Assembly: GCF_006345805.1 (NCBI RefSeq)
Contig: NC_043007.1
Coordinates: forward strand, 42,656,001 to 42,720,000
Reading direction: 5' to 3'
DNA from: Octopus sinensis
Lineage: Eukaryota
DNA: 64,000 nucleotides
Below, piece by piece: positions 34,255 through 47,725 of this stretch; position 1 is the first letter of the stretch; the number at the start of each line of letters is the position of its first letter. The notes beneath the pieces were generated by a model that did no database searches, had not been told where the DNA came from, and worked only from the letters and a program-made list of their open reading frames with translations. The position numbers and the translations under genes were made by a program.

Positions 34255-37200
34255 ATGTGCTCATGTTAAATATGCTAAAGGTACGCCACATGTCAGTATT
34301 TTTAGATAATTTACAGAGAAAAATACCATAAAAATCTATTTGAGGTTTTAAAAATGTGATATTTAGAAAACGATTTAATGAAGTTATTGTATTTTATTTC
34401 ATTTTTTTAACCCCATAATTTGATTTATACCAAACCTGGACATATTTCATGTCACTTGAGTTAAGGGTTGAGTTTTGTGTTTTTCTACTACGTTTTGTTT
34501 GTATGTGAAACCAAAGCCTATCAGTTTAGTTTTAAATTACTTTATGCGGCGTTCTGCATCAGTGATATTTTGTGTGTATTGCAGAAATAGAGACGTAAGA
34601 GAAATAAATATTTAAGCTAGAAACAACAAAGTGAATTTTCTTAACTTCTGTTTATTTCTTAGTGAATAATTTTTCATTATTTCCCTGTCATGTTTCATGC
34701 TACTTGTTAATCATTTTCCTAATCACGGGTTCATAAGGCTATACACAGGCCGTTGTAGCATTAAGTGGATGATACACTGAAATTATCCTGGATTCATCGC
34801 AATAACACCTGTGGAATAACAAATTTAGTTTACTTTGAAGATCGACTTTCTTTTTTGTTTAATTATTTTCAGTGTACATGTATCTTTTGAACTTTACATT
34901 ATGATCTTGTTTACTCTTTGATTTAATTATGATCGGTTTATGAAAATATTATGTTTTTATTATTATATTTACAGTTTATTTTATTCCCTAAAAGATTCTT
35001 TAATTGAACAATCAAATTTCAGAACTCTACTATAGCAATTTAATTTTTATTAAAAAAAATGGCAGCACTAAAACTACACCTTTGTTTTAATTCCATACCT
35101 ATTTTTCCTTATTTTCAAAAGTTTACTCTGTCTTGTCTGTGATTAAACTACTGGCAAACGTGTCAAAGGAGGAGCCTTTATGCGGTCGTTCGATCTGCCA
35201 GAAATAGCAGCCTAATCACCCTAAAATCACATTGTACAAGTTTAAAAGAGGAAGGAAACATTTATCCAGAATGTTGTTTTGGATATATTATACCTAGAAA
35301 AGAGACAAGTTTGAATGCCTTTGATCATATATTATAATCAATCACAAATTTAAAACACAAGCCTCCTTTCAGCATACTCTTTTGTAATAGCAAGAGTAAC
35401 CAGTTGTAAGTTCTGTTCCAACTTCTTGCAGCTTGATAGCAGTCTAGTATGTAGAACTGAAATGAATAGAAAGTTATTGTTTGACCTCTACATATTCTTT
35501 CTAGCAGATGCAGAAGTAAAATGGTTGAATTGATGATATGGCAGTGTTCTAGCATTTCATAGATTATGGATTCTATTTCACTGAAAATGTTTCTGTTAAA
35601 AAGTCTGCTTCACAACTAGGTAATTCCAGGTTCAGTATTCACTATATAGCTACTTGAGCCTATACCACAGCAAAGCCTTGCATGTGAAATTGTTTATTGA
35701 TAACCGTATCAAAGCCTATCAGAAGAACCTTTCCTATTCTTGGACGATAGGCTTAATTTGTCATTTAGTTTATTGCAACTACCTTGCCTTTTGGTGTCTT
35801 TAGCAGAATTCTCTGTTAGCAAAATCATCTCAGCAGTCTCAGAAGCCCTAAAAAAAGGATATAAACCTTAAATAAATACATGCATACTTCACTTTACTTC
35901 ACTGTTGAGGATAGGAACCAGCTTATGAGAGAAGTTTATTTGAAATAGGCCATTTTCTTATCCAGGAGGATGTGTATCTTTCCTGTGATTAAAGCAAAAC
36001 TGGAACTGAGAACCTTTCCCCTGTTCTTAAAAGCCAGTTAGGGTTTCAGTAGCATTTGACTTCAGCTTAATTTTCCAGCATAGAGTAAAGGAAGGAAAAC
36101 TAATAATAATGAAACCAGTTACATTGTAATTGTTGCTAAGTAACAATTTCTTAATCCTTGATTGAACAAACCCATAATCAAAGGTATTCCAGATGTGATC
36201 ATCTCATCTTCCCCACCCAGTTTGAGAGGACCGCATTACCAAATTAGTCTTTCTATAAAATGGTAGGATATGATTTACATGAGATTTGGCTGGTATTTCT
36301 AGCCAGTTGTGTGACTGTATAAAAGCTTTCCTATGTTATCATTGTTTATACAAAAATATGTGGTTTGCAACTCAGTGTACTTCTCTATAGCAATCAGGAG
36401 GAGACTTGATTTAGCTTAGCATATATTTACAAGATTATTGTCTTTATGGTTGTATCAACATACCTCAGTATTCTTGTCTGTTTTAAAAGCATTATTTACA
36501 ATAAAATATACTGATAGCTGTTTATTGTTCTGATTATGTAAGAGATTATTATTATTAAGAGGAGGGTGATTAGCAAACTTGTTAGAGCAGACAAAAATGC
36601 CTTACAATATTACTTCCCTTTTGCATCCAGGGATAGATAACATATCTATATCAGTCAAGTACTTGCATTTAAATCGACTACTCTTCTCCCCCAGTATTTA
36701 TGACCTCCTGTCTATGACATTAGTTTTATTGTCTGACAAAATATACCTTGTGATCATTAGTTACACGACTGTACATTTTGAGTTCAAATCCTGCCAAGTC
36801 GACTTCCCTTTTGTTTTTCTAGGACCAATTAAATAAGTACCAGCTATGTACTGGAATCAAATTTACTAAAAATGTGTAGCTTTGAAACCAATGGAGATCA
36901 TTTTTAGTACTTCCTTTCTTTCTGGTTGTGTCCTCAGAATGACAGTGAAAAGATTGGTAGGGCCTGCAATGTGAACACTCTGTACCTGGCTCCTTCATAG
37001 TGTCAATTCAGATAGTGAGAGAAATATGGCAGTGTTCCAGCAGTTCATAGATCATGGATTCTTGCTTTACAACTAGGCTCAATATTCATTGTATGGCTCT
37101 TTAGGGCCTCTACCACAGCTAAACTTTCATGTGAAATTGTTTATTGATAACTGTATCAAAGCCGTTCAGAGGAACCGTTCCTATTCTTGAATGATAGGCT

Positions 37201-37985
37201 TAATCTGTCATCCAGTTTATTGCCTTTTGGTGTCTTTAGCAGAGTCCACTTTGTTACCAAAATCCAAGATTTAGCGAATCAGAAAGGATGAAAGGCAAAG
37301 TTGGCCTTGGTGAGATTTGAACTTAGAATGCAGAGAGCCAGAACAAAAGTATTTCATCTGATGTTCTTATGACTCTGGAAATTTGCTGTCTTATTATTAA
37401 CAAATCCAACAGGTACCACTATGTAGTCTTTCATTGATGATGAAAATCATTTGTTGAAACCTCTCAGTTGAAACAGTGGAAAGAATTTCTTCTTAAAATT
37501 AGAAATTTAGTAGCAAAATGTAGCAAATCAACAAAATGTTCTAAAATTTCTATTAGAAGTTCTAAAAGTTCTAATAGTTGTATTATTCAATATATGCAAA
37601 ACGTTTTTTTATATATTTTTTCACATACCAACATTGATGAAGGGAATCAATTTGATTGCTGTGAAGAAGAAACCCTCATTTTATCTTCTTCTGATGAAGG
37701 TTCTTGTTTGGAAAAGTGGTTTCATACCAATCTAATTTATTCCTCTTTGCAAACTTTATGTACTTACTATTTGCTGACACTGACCATTATTAATTTCCCC
37801 AGATTCTGCAGCTTGATATTTTATTTAAACAAATTTTTATATTTTTCTCAAAGACTAATTTATAGATTGTGAGGGAGGACAATATGTTCAGTAACCAAAA
37901 TTTCAGGCTACAAGACTGTGGATCTATGTGTCTCAATATGCTGTTTGGTTCCACATTAGTCCTGACTGGGCAAATTTATAATTAA

Positions 37986-38200
37986 CACTTGAGCATTCAA
38001 TCCAGCCATATCCGGCCCAAATATTCTAGCAGTTTTTTGTTCAAACTATCCAGATCCAGCCTCTCACACCCATCCTACAATGTCATTCTAAAAATAAACA
38101 ATATCATTGAACTCTCAAAGCTACGAAATAATGCATGATTAATTCAAAACAATGAATAAAAAGGCATTACATTTGACAGAATAATCTGAATGCTAAAGGG
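37986..38200. mobile_element. piggyBac-type MITE
   Basis: TTAA flanks; right end gctaaaggg-TTAA; reverse copy of the 14541-14760 family. Confidence 0.65.
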
Positions 38201-38574
38201 TTAAAGCTACAGCTGTGAACCATACAGTCTTTCTTTAATGGTTAGTACTGTATTACCTAATGTGTGCTTCCTTTTTCAAAATTGGTAGAGTGTGATTTGA
38301 GGGAAATTAAGTGCTAGTGGCTCTTTTGAAAAAGTTTGTATGCCACAGATGGAGATAGAAAATAAACCCCAACAAAATTTTCACTTCTACTGCAGCATAC
38401 AGAGAGGAATTCAAATTTACTAAAATTTACTTATTACATTTTTGCTGATATGCCACCACTCTTTCCTTTGGATTCTGTCTTTATTGTAGACTGTATCAGT
38501 ATTATATTGAGTCAAGATGCTGTTATAAAGTTGGCCATAACACTGGTTGATATAATAAGGCAGCTGAATTCATG

Positions 38575-39048
38575 CAGTGTAACAAAATTTGAAATTTTTG
38601 TCTTTGGTCAGTAAGTGCTATTTCCTATTTGCTTCTATCTAGAAATCAAAGGAAATGGCTACTATTCCCTTCAAACTTTGCTTTTGTGACCTGGACGTCA
38701 GTTTTCAAACTGACCCGTTTTCTATTACATTTCATACAGGTTCAGCACTGAATTGCTGAAGCAGAAATATCGTTATAGCTCAATATCACAGATTTGCTTG
38801 TTAGTTGCTTGACCATAACCACTTGAGAGCATGTCCCTTAGTGACTAACAATATCTGCATCTCTGATTACGAGCAGCAGCAGTAGTGTGGGACCATCATA
38901 GCCATGTGTTGAAAGGGATGTATTGGGGTTTGAATAAATGTAACAAAAGCAAAGTTAGAAGGAAATATTTGCCATTTTTCATACTTTCTAGGGATAAGCA
39001 AATAGGAAATAACAGTTGCTACACAAGGAATAAAAATGTTACACAGTG
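38575..39048. mobile_element. MITE with long TIRs carrying a piece of the 850-1410 repeat
   Basis: cagtgtaacaaaa...gttacacagtg termini; reverse-orientation relative at 55903-56371. Confidence 0.65.
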
Positions 39049-40259
39049 TTATGTATATAGTGAACTGAAAATGTTTACTTATATCAAAATAGTCCATACA
39101 TTGTGTTGAGCTTTTCTATGATGAACCTATTTTTGAATATTTGTTGTTCTGAACAACAAATTTTGGAGAAAGAATATATTCTATTAAATTAAATTGGTAT
39201 ATTACTGGTACTTTTCAATTCAGAAAGGATTTGAGTCAAAGAGTAAAGGGATGTAACAAATTATGACAAAATTTGCTTGTACACTAATAACAACAATAAC
39301 AATTCTTTCTAATTTTGGTACAAGGTTAGCAGTTTTAAGAAGCGGATGTTACTTAATTACATCAAATTCAGTGCTTATTTTATCAACCACAGAAGGATGG
39401 AAAGCAAAATTGACTTAGCAGAATTTTAACTCAGAGCTTAACGAACCAGAAAGAATACTGCAGTCTATCAAACAAGAAACAAACCAGATGTATTTTGGAG
39501 AACTGAAAATGACATCAGATGAAAGAGCCTTTTGTTTACACAGGTTATGTAGTAGGTCAAGAAGCTCAAATGACAATGCTAGCAAAACCATTGTTTATAA
39601 TCAACCAAGTAACATGTAGATGAGTACTTCTGAACCCACACACACCTATACAATGAACTTTTTTTCAATTTGCACCAACCAAATATATCCACAAGACTTA
39701 CTTAGCCTAGGACTATAGTAGAAGACGCTTGCCCAAGATGCTATGCAGTGGGATTGAACTCATGGTTGGGAAGTGAACATTTTTTACTACTTAACTGTGC
39801 TTATGCATATGATGATGATGATGATGAATTTATACACATATGACTGGAGCCTGGTGCAGCTCTCCGGCTAGCCAGCTCCAATCAAACCATCTAACACATG
39901 CCAGTGTGGAAAATAGTCATTACATGATAACGAGAAGTAAAAATGTAACAACAGAATCATCTTATGTGCCAACACAAAACATCATTAATTTCGCGAAATC
40001 TACTGTTTCATTCAAAAAATGTGGTGTTATTTGGCCAGTTGAACAATATACTAAGGCACCAATTGACAAAATTTAATCCAAGTAATTAATAATATGTCAG
40101 AAATTCAGGATGACTATTGGAATTTATTTCCATACTATACTGAAGCTTGGTGAATTCTGAAGTACAGAAAAATACAGCTTGTGTGTGTGTTACCAAGTAA
40201 TAAAATGGCTAAATAGCTGTAAATATACATGCTGAATTATAACAGGTCATTTAGACTAG

Positions 40260-41640
40260 AGTTTCTCAGACAAAGCAAAGCTCTGTGGGGCCACAGAAAT
40301 ATTTGGGAATTAGGTAAGGGTTCACACAACTACCACTCTCTTCCTAAAATTCTTTAAAATTTATACACAAAAACATACCATGCATTATCTGTATCTTACA
40401 TTCCTTCATAAAAGTAAAACTAGGATTCAAGACACTTTGATAATAATAATTTATTATTGATGTGTAAAGTATCATGTTGGCATTGGAAAGTGTTCTATGA
40501 ATTAAACATGTTACTACTTTGAAGCTCATACATTCAAGGCCAATCCCTAAGAATAATTGCTTCATTGAAGTTTGGAACAATGTTTCTGAATGGTAAGCAG
40601 CATGGAGAAAAAAAATACTAACTGTCAAATGTGATATATTCTATCTATCTCAGAAGCTAAATTTGCTGAACTGCTACAAGGTAAAAAATACTAATCTTTT
40701 AATATGCAAAAAGGCTACTAGCACTTTTCTTAGAAAACTTAAATCTATTCAATATTGGGCATAAGTAATTCATACGTTTTCCATCCCTTGCCACTAATGA
40801 AGAGGAGCTACTAGAGAATATTTTAGAGCACATTGAGCACTTGAAATTGAACAATGAGATGGAAATTAGGTTCAAAGATCTCATGAAAATGCACATGCCA
40901 ATTTGGGTAGTAGACCCATTTGTAACAAATACAGCTGATATTGATTTCAGACTACAAAATAGCCTGACTGAGATGCACAGTAATCAAATTGTTCAAGCTA
41001 AATTTTTACCATGGGCTCAGTGGCTCATGAGCAAGTAGTGAAATTGTGATGAAATTTCCATTGCTTTTCCCTACTTCTTCAGTGAGTCAGGTTTTAGCCA
41101 AATGTCCTTCCTACTATCAGAACCTCTCAATCACTTAGAAATTTTAAGTAGATATGGTCTCCAACCAAGGACCCTGATATTGAAAAACTTGTGAAACTGC
41201 ATCAACTGTAAAGATCTCACTGAATAAGTACAGTAAAAAGATAATACATATATTTTTATTTTGGTAAAATGATTTTACTTTTGTGCTCAAAAGGTAATAT
41301 TTTTTTAGAAGTTACTAATTTTCTGGATATCAACAGAAATTTTTTTGTCCACAAATTATATTAGCAAAATATCGTTTGGCTTTAAATGGTTTTATAGCAG
41401 AAAATATTCTTGGTTTTTGTAAAATGAAATAATAGAAACAAATGTGAAATTAACTGACACTAATATTTTGATGGTGTTTGTTATGTTAGTGGTAAATGTA
41501 AGTTTTATAATTATTTTTCAACCATGACTTCTTTCTACAGGTAACTATTTGTTACAAAATTGAAGTGTTTTCAATAATAATGTCTAAGGGAGAGGGCCTC
41601 AGAAAAATTAAAGATTCCAGGGTGGGGAAGCATTTTTACT
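40260..41640 (+). mobile_element. Decayed hAT (Charlie/ZBED5-ZBED8-like) transposon
   Basis: RFKDLMKMHMPIWVVDPF...LQNSLTEM; downstream FPTS..ESGFS and PDIEKLVKLHQ resemble the hAT dimerisation region; many stops. Confidence 0.7.
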
Positions 41641-42239
41641 TGTTACAACTTTCTTCAATCAAATATTTCAAAATATAAATGGTAAACCTAACTTCACCCT
41701 ATATATAGTAGTTGGGACAGTCTCTAGAATTCTGATAACGTGGACATTGCTGTGTGGTTAAGAAGTTTGCTTCCGAACCCATATGGTTTTAGGTACAGTT
41801 GCACTGTGGGCAAATGCCTTCTACTATAGCCCCAGACTTGCCATCTGTTTCTGAGTGGATTGTGGGTGTGTATGAAAGAGTATGGACTATGGGTTAGGGT
41901 ATTGCAATCACAAGATCATGGTTACAATTCCTGGAACAGGCAGTGCATCATGTTCTTCATTTAAAGTGACTCTGATCACTTTGACATCTAGTGTGTGGCA
42001 CCTGTACAAGTAAATTTGATTTGATGGGGATAGTAAGCTATGTTTCTGTCTCCTTACCTTTACATTATGTGAATTATAAATGAGTGTCACTGTAATTCAT
42101 TTCCACTATTCTGCAGAAACATGTCTGCCCATGAGGGAATTTTAGCTTGCTTGGAAATAATGGCTGGCAACAAGAAGGGCATCTGGCCATAGAAACTTAG
42201 CCTCAATAAATTCTGTCCAACTTTATGTGTATACTCACA

Positions 42240-42600
42240 CATACTGTGATGTTAGAACATGAATTATTTGGATGAAACTTTTTCAGGAATACAGATTGGG
42301 AGACAGGACCTGTTAAATGGACACTCAGGCCCTGACACCTCATATTTCTTGCAGCATCATCTAAAGCCAGTAATCTACAAGAATCGACCAAGAACCATCA
42401 GAGAACTAAAGGAGTTAGACATCTGTACAAATACTCTTGAGTGTTCCAAAATCATGTGAATATAACCAGAAATGCTTGCATGTTGAAAAATAGTTTGGAA
42501 ATTTGTTGTTATTTCAGAAAATGAAATAACATGTAATCATTCTTTCAATGTATCCAGATTTTTTAACCCATCTTCTATGTGTGGGTGTAGTGTGCATGTG
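42240..42600 (+). mobile_element. Tc1/mariner-superfamily 3' remnant
   Basis: IGR..PVKW....HLKPVIYKNRPRTIRELK, like WPPRSPDL..FFLWG.LK..VY...P.T..ELK. Confidence 0.45.
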
Positions 42601-43734
42601 CAGAGGAGACATAACAAGAACATTTTAAGATTAACAAGCATTTCATTGCAAGAAAGCATATAGAAAATAGTTCTTAGTGCTGTTTGAACCATGTTAGGTG
42701 AATAACATTTACATAATATATAGAACAAATACACATTTTTCACACACTAAGAAAAACAATATGAGACAAGGAGTTTAGATAAAACTTTTATCTGTAGTTC
42801 TGACCATGAAACAGATTCAGCTATCAGTAAACATGATTTACATATGGGTATTAGTAGTGTAAGTCATTTGAATTGATCTCATCTGAGAAGTGAGCTTATG
42901 TTGTGACCATGTGTGAAGAACTTACCTTTAGACTATGGCATAATTTTTTTTTATCGGGTTCCAGTAATATCATCATTATTTAGTGTCCACTTTATGCTTG
43001 CCTGGGTATCAGATGGAACTTCTCTACAGCTGGATGTCCTTCCTATCACCAGCTCTTGCCTATTTCCAAGTAAGATATTTCCTGTGACCTGACATGTTTT
43101 ACAGAAGACTGGAAATGAAGGACACCAACTGCATGATGGTGATATAATTATCACATGAAGTCAAAGAGACAGTAAAATACACATACATATATATACACAC
43201 ACACACATATCTTTTGTTTGTTTCAGTCATTAGACCACAGTTACACTGGGGCTCTGCCTTGGAGGATTTTTAATCAAATTAATTAACCCCAGTACTTTTC
43301 TTATTTCTAAAGCCTGGTATGTTTTGCTGAACCACTAAGTTACAGAGGTGTAAACATACCAGCATCACTTGTCAAGTGGTGGTGGACACATACATACAAC
43401 AGGCCTCTTTCAGCTTCCATCTACCAAATCCACTCTCAAGGCTTTGGTCAGCCCTTGGCTATAATAGAATACACTTGTCCAAAGTGCCACACAGTAGAAC
43501 TGAACCTGAAAGCATGTGGTCAGGAAGCAAGTTTCTTGCCACATAGCCATACACACATGGGCTACTTTCAGTTTCTGTTGGCAAAATCCACTGACAGGGC
43601 TTTGGTCAACATGGCTATAGTAAGAGATATTTGCCCAAAGTTCCACATAGTGGAACTGATCCAGAGATTATGTGGTTGGGAAACAAACTTCTTACACAAA
43701 ACCATACCTACACATATCAATACAAATACTGAAA

Positions 43735-43980
43735 GTGATAAATATAAATTTAAAAGAAAAAGAAAAGAAAATTTAGTAAGTTTCTACATGAAAATATTGG
43801 TTTATTATCAATCCCTTACAGCAAAATTATGAAAAAAACATTTTTAAACAATGGCAATGTGAAAAAAAACAAAAAGAAAAATTTGTCATTTGACCTGTTT
43901 TCTTAAGCAGATATAGATTTTATTGGTATTAACACAGAAACTGTTATGACAATGATTAACCCCTCTTACTGTATTTCTGT
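43735..43980 (+). repeat. ~240-bp local duplication (partner 50397-50610)
   Basis: Shared aatttagtaagtttctacatgaaaatattggtttattatcaatccc... through ttaacccctcttactg, ~90% identical by eye. Confidence 0.8.
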
Positions 43981-44335
43981 TGAAATACACTGCCTTTATT
44001 TGAATTTTTTAAATAATGAAGAATTGAGTAAAATAACTTTTGTCATTAAGATTTTGTTTGGAACATAAATTAACACAAAGCTTTTAATTTAGATCATTTC
44101 AATACAAGAAATTTGTATTGTGGAGTTAGGGGGGAAGGGGTTCAGGTGGGTGGGTTTGCTTTATAAAAAAATAATTGAAATATATACACACACACATATA
44201 TATATAGATGCATACATATCTATATATACATATGTATATATAAATTTATATATATGCATGCATACATATATAAACACATGTATATTCAGAATTTATATAT
44301 TTAGCATGTATGTAATCTTTATATACATTTGCCAC

Positions 44336-44374
<39 letters not shown>

Positions 44375-47300
44375 CATAGACACACACAAGCACATATTTG
44401 GTATCTATATACATATATTCAGTACTTGTATATACGTGCAGGTGCAGGCAAGGCTTCCCAACCACATAGGGTCCTGTCCCACTGCATGGCACCTTAGGTG
44501 AGTGAATTTGGTAGGCAGAAATTGAAAGAAGCCTGTTGTGTATGTGTGACTGTAAATGAGTGTCACTGTCAGACAAGGAGTGTCATGCATTTCCAATGCT
44601 CTGTAAACATGACCATGAGGAAATACTAGTTTCCTTGGTAACAGATTAGGGTGGGCAGCAAGAAGAGTGTCTGACCATAGAGTATCTGCCTCAATAAACT
44701 CCATCCTACCCAAGCATGCATGGAAAAGCAAATGTTAAAACAATGATACATACACATATATACTATGGGTAAGAAACTTGTTTCCCAACCATGTGGTCTT
44801 AGGTGCAGTGCCTTGTGCAAAGTATCTTCTGCTATAGCAAGAGGCCCATTATATATATATATAAATATAATCTGTGTGGGGCCAGTGCATACTCACATCT
44901 TGCATCATATGATGATTGCAAATGAGCATTATCATCATACAAATGATGTTCATTTCCAAGTCTTTCATGAATACCATATCTGACCATAGGAAAATATTAC
45001 CTTCATTAGAAACTAGTGAGGGTTGGTGACAGGAAAGTAGAAAATCTACTTGAACAAATTATCTAGCCCATGTAAGCAAAGAAAAGTGGACATGAAACAA
45101 TGATGATGATATACATGTGTATGTCTGTGTATATTGAGCATATATCATGCTTGCATGAGTTAAATGGAATTCATTGAGGCAAATTTTTAAAATCTATATG
45201 CCCTTCCTATTGCTAAACATGTTTCCATGTAAGTTTGAAAATAAGCACTGCTTGTATGATGAGAGAGACATAGATATACATGATGAATTTCTTTCAGTTT
45301 CTCTCAAGCAAACATTCACAAGGGTTTGGTTGGCTTGGAGCTAAGCAGAAAACACTTGCTGAGAGTACCACATAATGAATGAAAATCACATAGTTGGGAA
45401 ACAAACTTCTTAAACACACAGTCATACCTGTGCCTATATGTGTGTGTGTATATATATATTTCATATATCCATAATGTTTATGCATATATATTATATACAT
45501 ATATATTTATACACATCATTTAACGGCCATTTTCCATGCTAGCATAAGTGGATGGCTTGACAGGAGCTGGTAAGACCAGGGGCTGCACCAGGTTCCATTG
45601 TCTCTTTTGGCATGATTTCTATAGCTGAATGCCCTCCTTAACAATTATAGCTTGAGGCACAAGCATGACTGTGTGATTAAGTTTACAGTTTCCTTTCTTC
45701 ACAGGAACTGTGAAGGACAGAGTCTGGAGTATTAATGAATAAGTGCTATTGCATGTTTGAATCAGGCATGGCTGTGTAGTTAAGAAGTTTACTTTCCAAC
45801 TACCTGGTTTTGTGTTTGGTCCTACTGTGTAGCAATTCGAGCAAGGTCTTGTGAGTGGAGTTTGTAGATGGAAGCTAAAAGAAGCCCATTGTATATACAT
45901 ATGCATGTGCACATATGAGGGTGTGTCAGTGGGTTTGTTTACATTTGTGCTTCTCTGAAATCACTGATGCTGTCATTTTCTGCAGTGAACAAATCGTTTG
46001 CTACCTTCATGTCTTCAAAAACATAAGGAGTTCTTTACTTGAAAAGCAGGTACATGTTAGTAAGTAGAAGAGCACTGAGCTGTAAAACAATGTCTCAATA
46101 ATATATACATCTAACCCAAACTACCATGGCATAACAGATATAAATCAAAAGTGTGTGTGTATATATTATCATGAAATATTTATTTTATTCAATTTATTTT
46201 CCCTTCTCTTATAGCATTACTAAGTTAGCTTAAACAATTGAAACCGGTAGCATATTTTGATAAAAATATATTTTCTTCCTTTTATTCATAAATAGAATTC
46301 TCAAAACATTTTCTTTGTTTTTAATGTGTGTGTGTGCATTTAACATACAATACATAAAAAACATATACACTTACATATATATGTATACAAACACATATGT
46401 CATACAAGCATATATATATATATATGTCATACAAACATATATATATATACGTGTCATACAAACATATATTTATACGTGTCATACAAACATATATATATAT
46501 ATATTTGTATGTATGTATACAAGCATATATATATTTAACATGCATATATTTTTAGTATACTACACATACAAACACAAATATACTGAATAAACACAAAATT
46601 TTTGTTTAAATAAAAATTTTAAATACCAAACAGTAGTTAAATTAACACAAACTGATTTCATATATCAACAAATGTTGAATTCACAAAACATCTTAGAGAA
46701 CCGCTGCAATTACTACTACTACTACTACACACACACACACACACACACAAAAGAGTATACTTTATAAATGAAGGGTTAGAGAAAATATGTAATGTGTCAA
46801 CATGCAATGTTTTGATACAAAAAGATACTGTTAGGTTAAAAATGTTAATATTTTCCCTTTCCCATAGAATGAATAACAAAGACAGCTTGATAATAGGTGA
46901 GTTTTGTGTCACTGAAAATACAAGATGGATGGAAGAGAGTATCATAGAAAGGTTCAAAGAAGTGAAGTGTGTATGTGTGTGAGTGTATGCATGCGGGATG
47001 GGGAAGGAGAACAGTTTTGAGTATTGAACACCCTTAGAGGGAAGGAAACCTTGCTAACTAGTGGAATAACATTGGGTCAGCAATGATGAATGTGTTTACA
47101 TATAGGAATCGAGATTGGAGAATAAAGGCATTTTCCTTTTGCCTTCTCTAGAAACTACTGGAATGGTTATACAAAATATTATATGAATGGGAAGGGCATG
47201 GGAGGGTCAGTCAAAGAACCAATTTCATCCATATCAGTATTTGGATGTCTTTAAATATAGCTGACTCTTAGAATTCAAGGATAAATAAACATTTGGTATG

Positions 47301-47569
47301 TTGATTCTGTCCATTCATGATTTTCTATAATCTTAAATCTTGCATAAAAACAAAAAAAAACTTTTCTTCAAAATTTTAGCAGTCGTCAAACATAAGGTTG
47401 ATGATGATGATTATGATAGAAAAGTGTCTCTGAGGAAGTTAAAATAACCATTGTCTGAGAACAAAAGCAGTAATGAAAGACATATACAGGGCAATGATTG
47501 CTGTCTGTAGACGAGGATATTCTTTCTTGGGATAGCTAACAATGACAATAAAAGTCATTTCATCAAAGG

Positions 47570-47725
47570 TTATATATACATCTGTTCACTTGCTAAGTTA
47601 TCCATGAATGGTCGTACAAGGCCACGGGTAGCAAAATTGAAAATCAGTCCAAATGTAATTGAGATAGGCAAAGCAGGTAGAGCCTTTCGAAATATTGCCA
47701 ACAGAAGCAGAGTGAAGCATAATCC
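47570..47725 (-). CDS. PSEN: Presenilin coding exon 10 (156 nt, PALP, TM9, stop)
   Basis: [29 protein letters not shown]...SEQMYI*; same coding length as human exon 12. Confidence 0.98.
   Translation of the reverse strand, partial: GLCFTLLLLAIFRKALPALPISITFGLIFNFATRGLVRPFMDNLASEQMYI

Noticed and set aside
37430-37730. Three TTGATGA/CTGATGA...GAAA motifs resembling hammerheads; ORF 37468-37872
   Set aside because: Stem II does not close, and no stem III-UH-stem I topology could be built. The ORF is low-complexity with no recognisable family.
39410-39620. Open frame ELNEPERILQSIKQETNQMYFGELK...
   Set aside because: No start codon or credible splice sites, it begins within a decayed SINE, and it has no recognisable motif.
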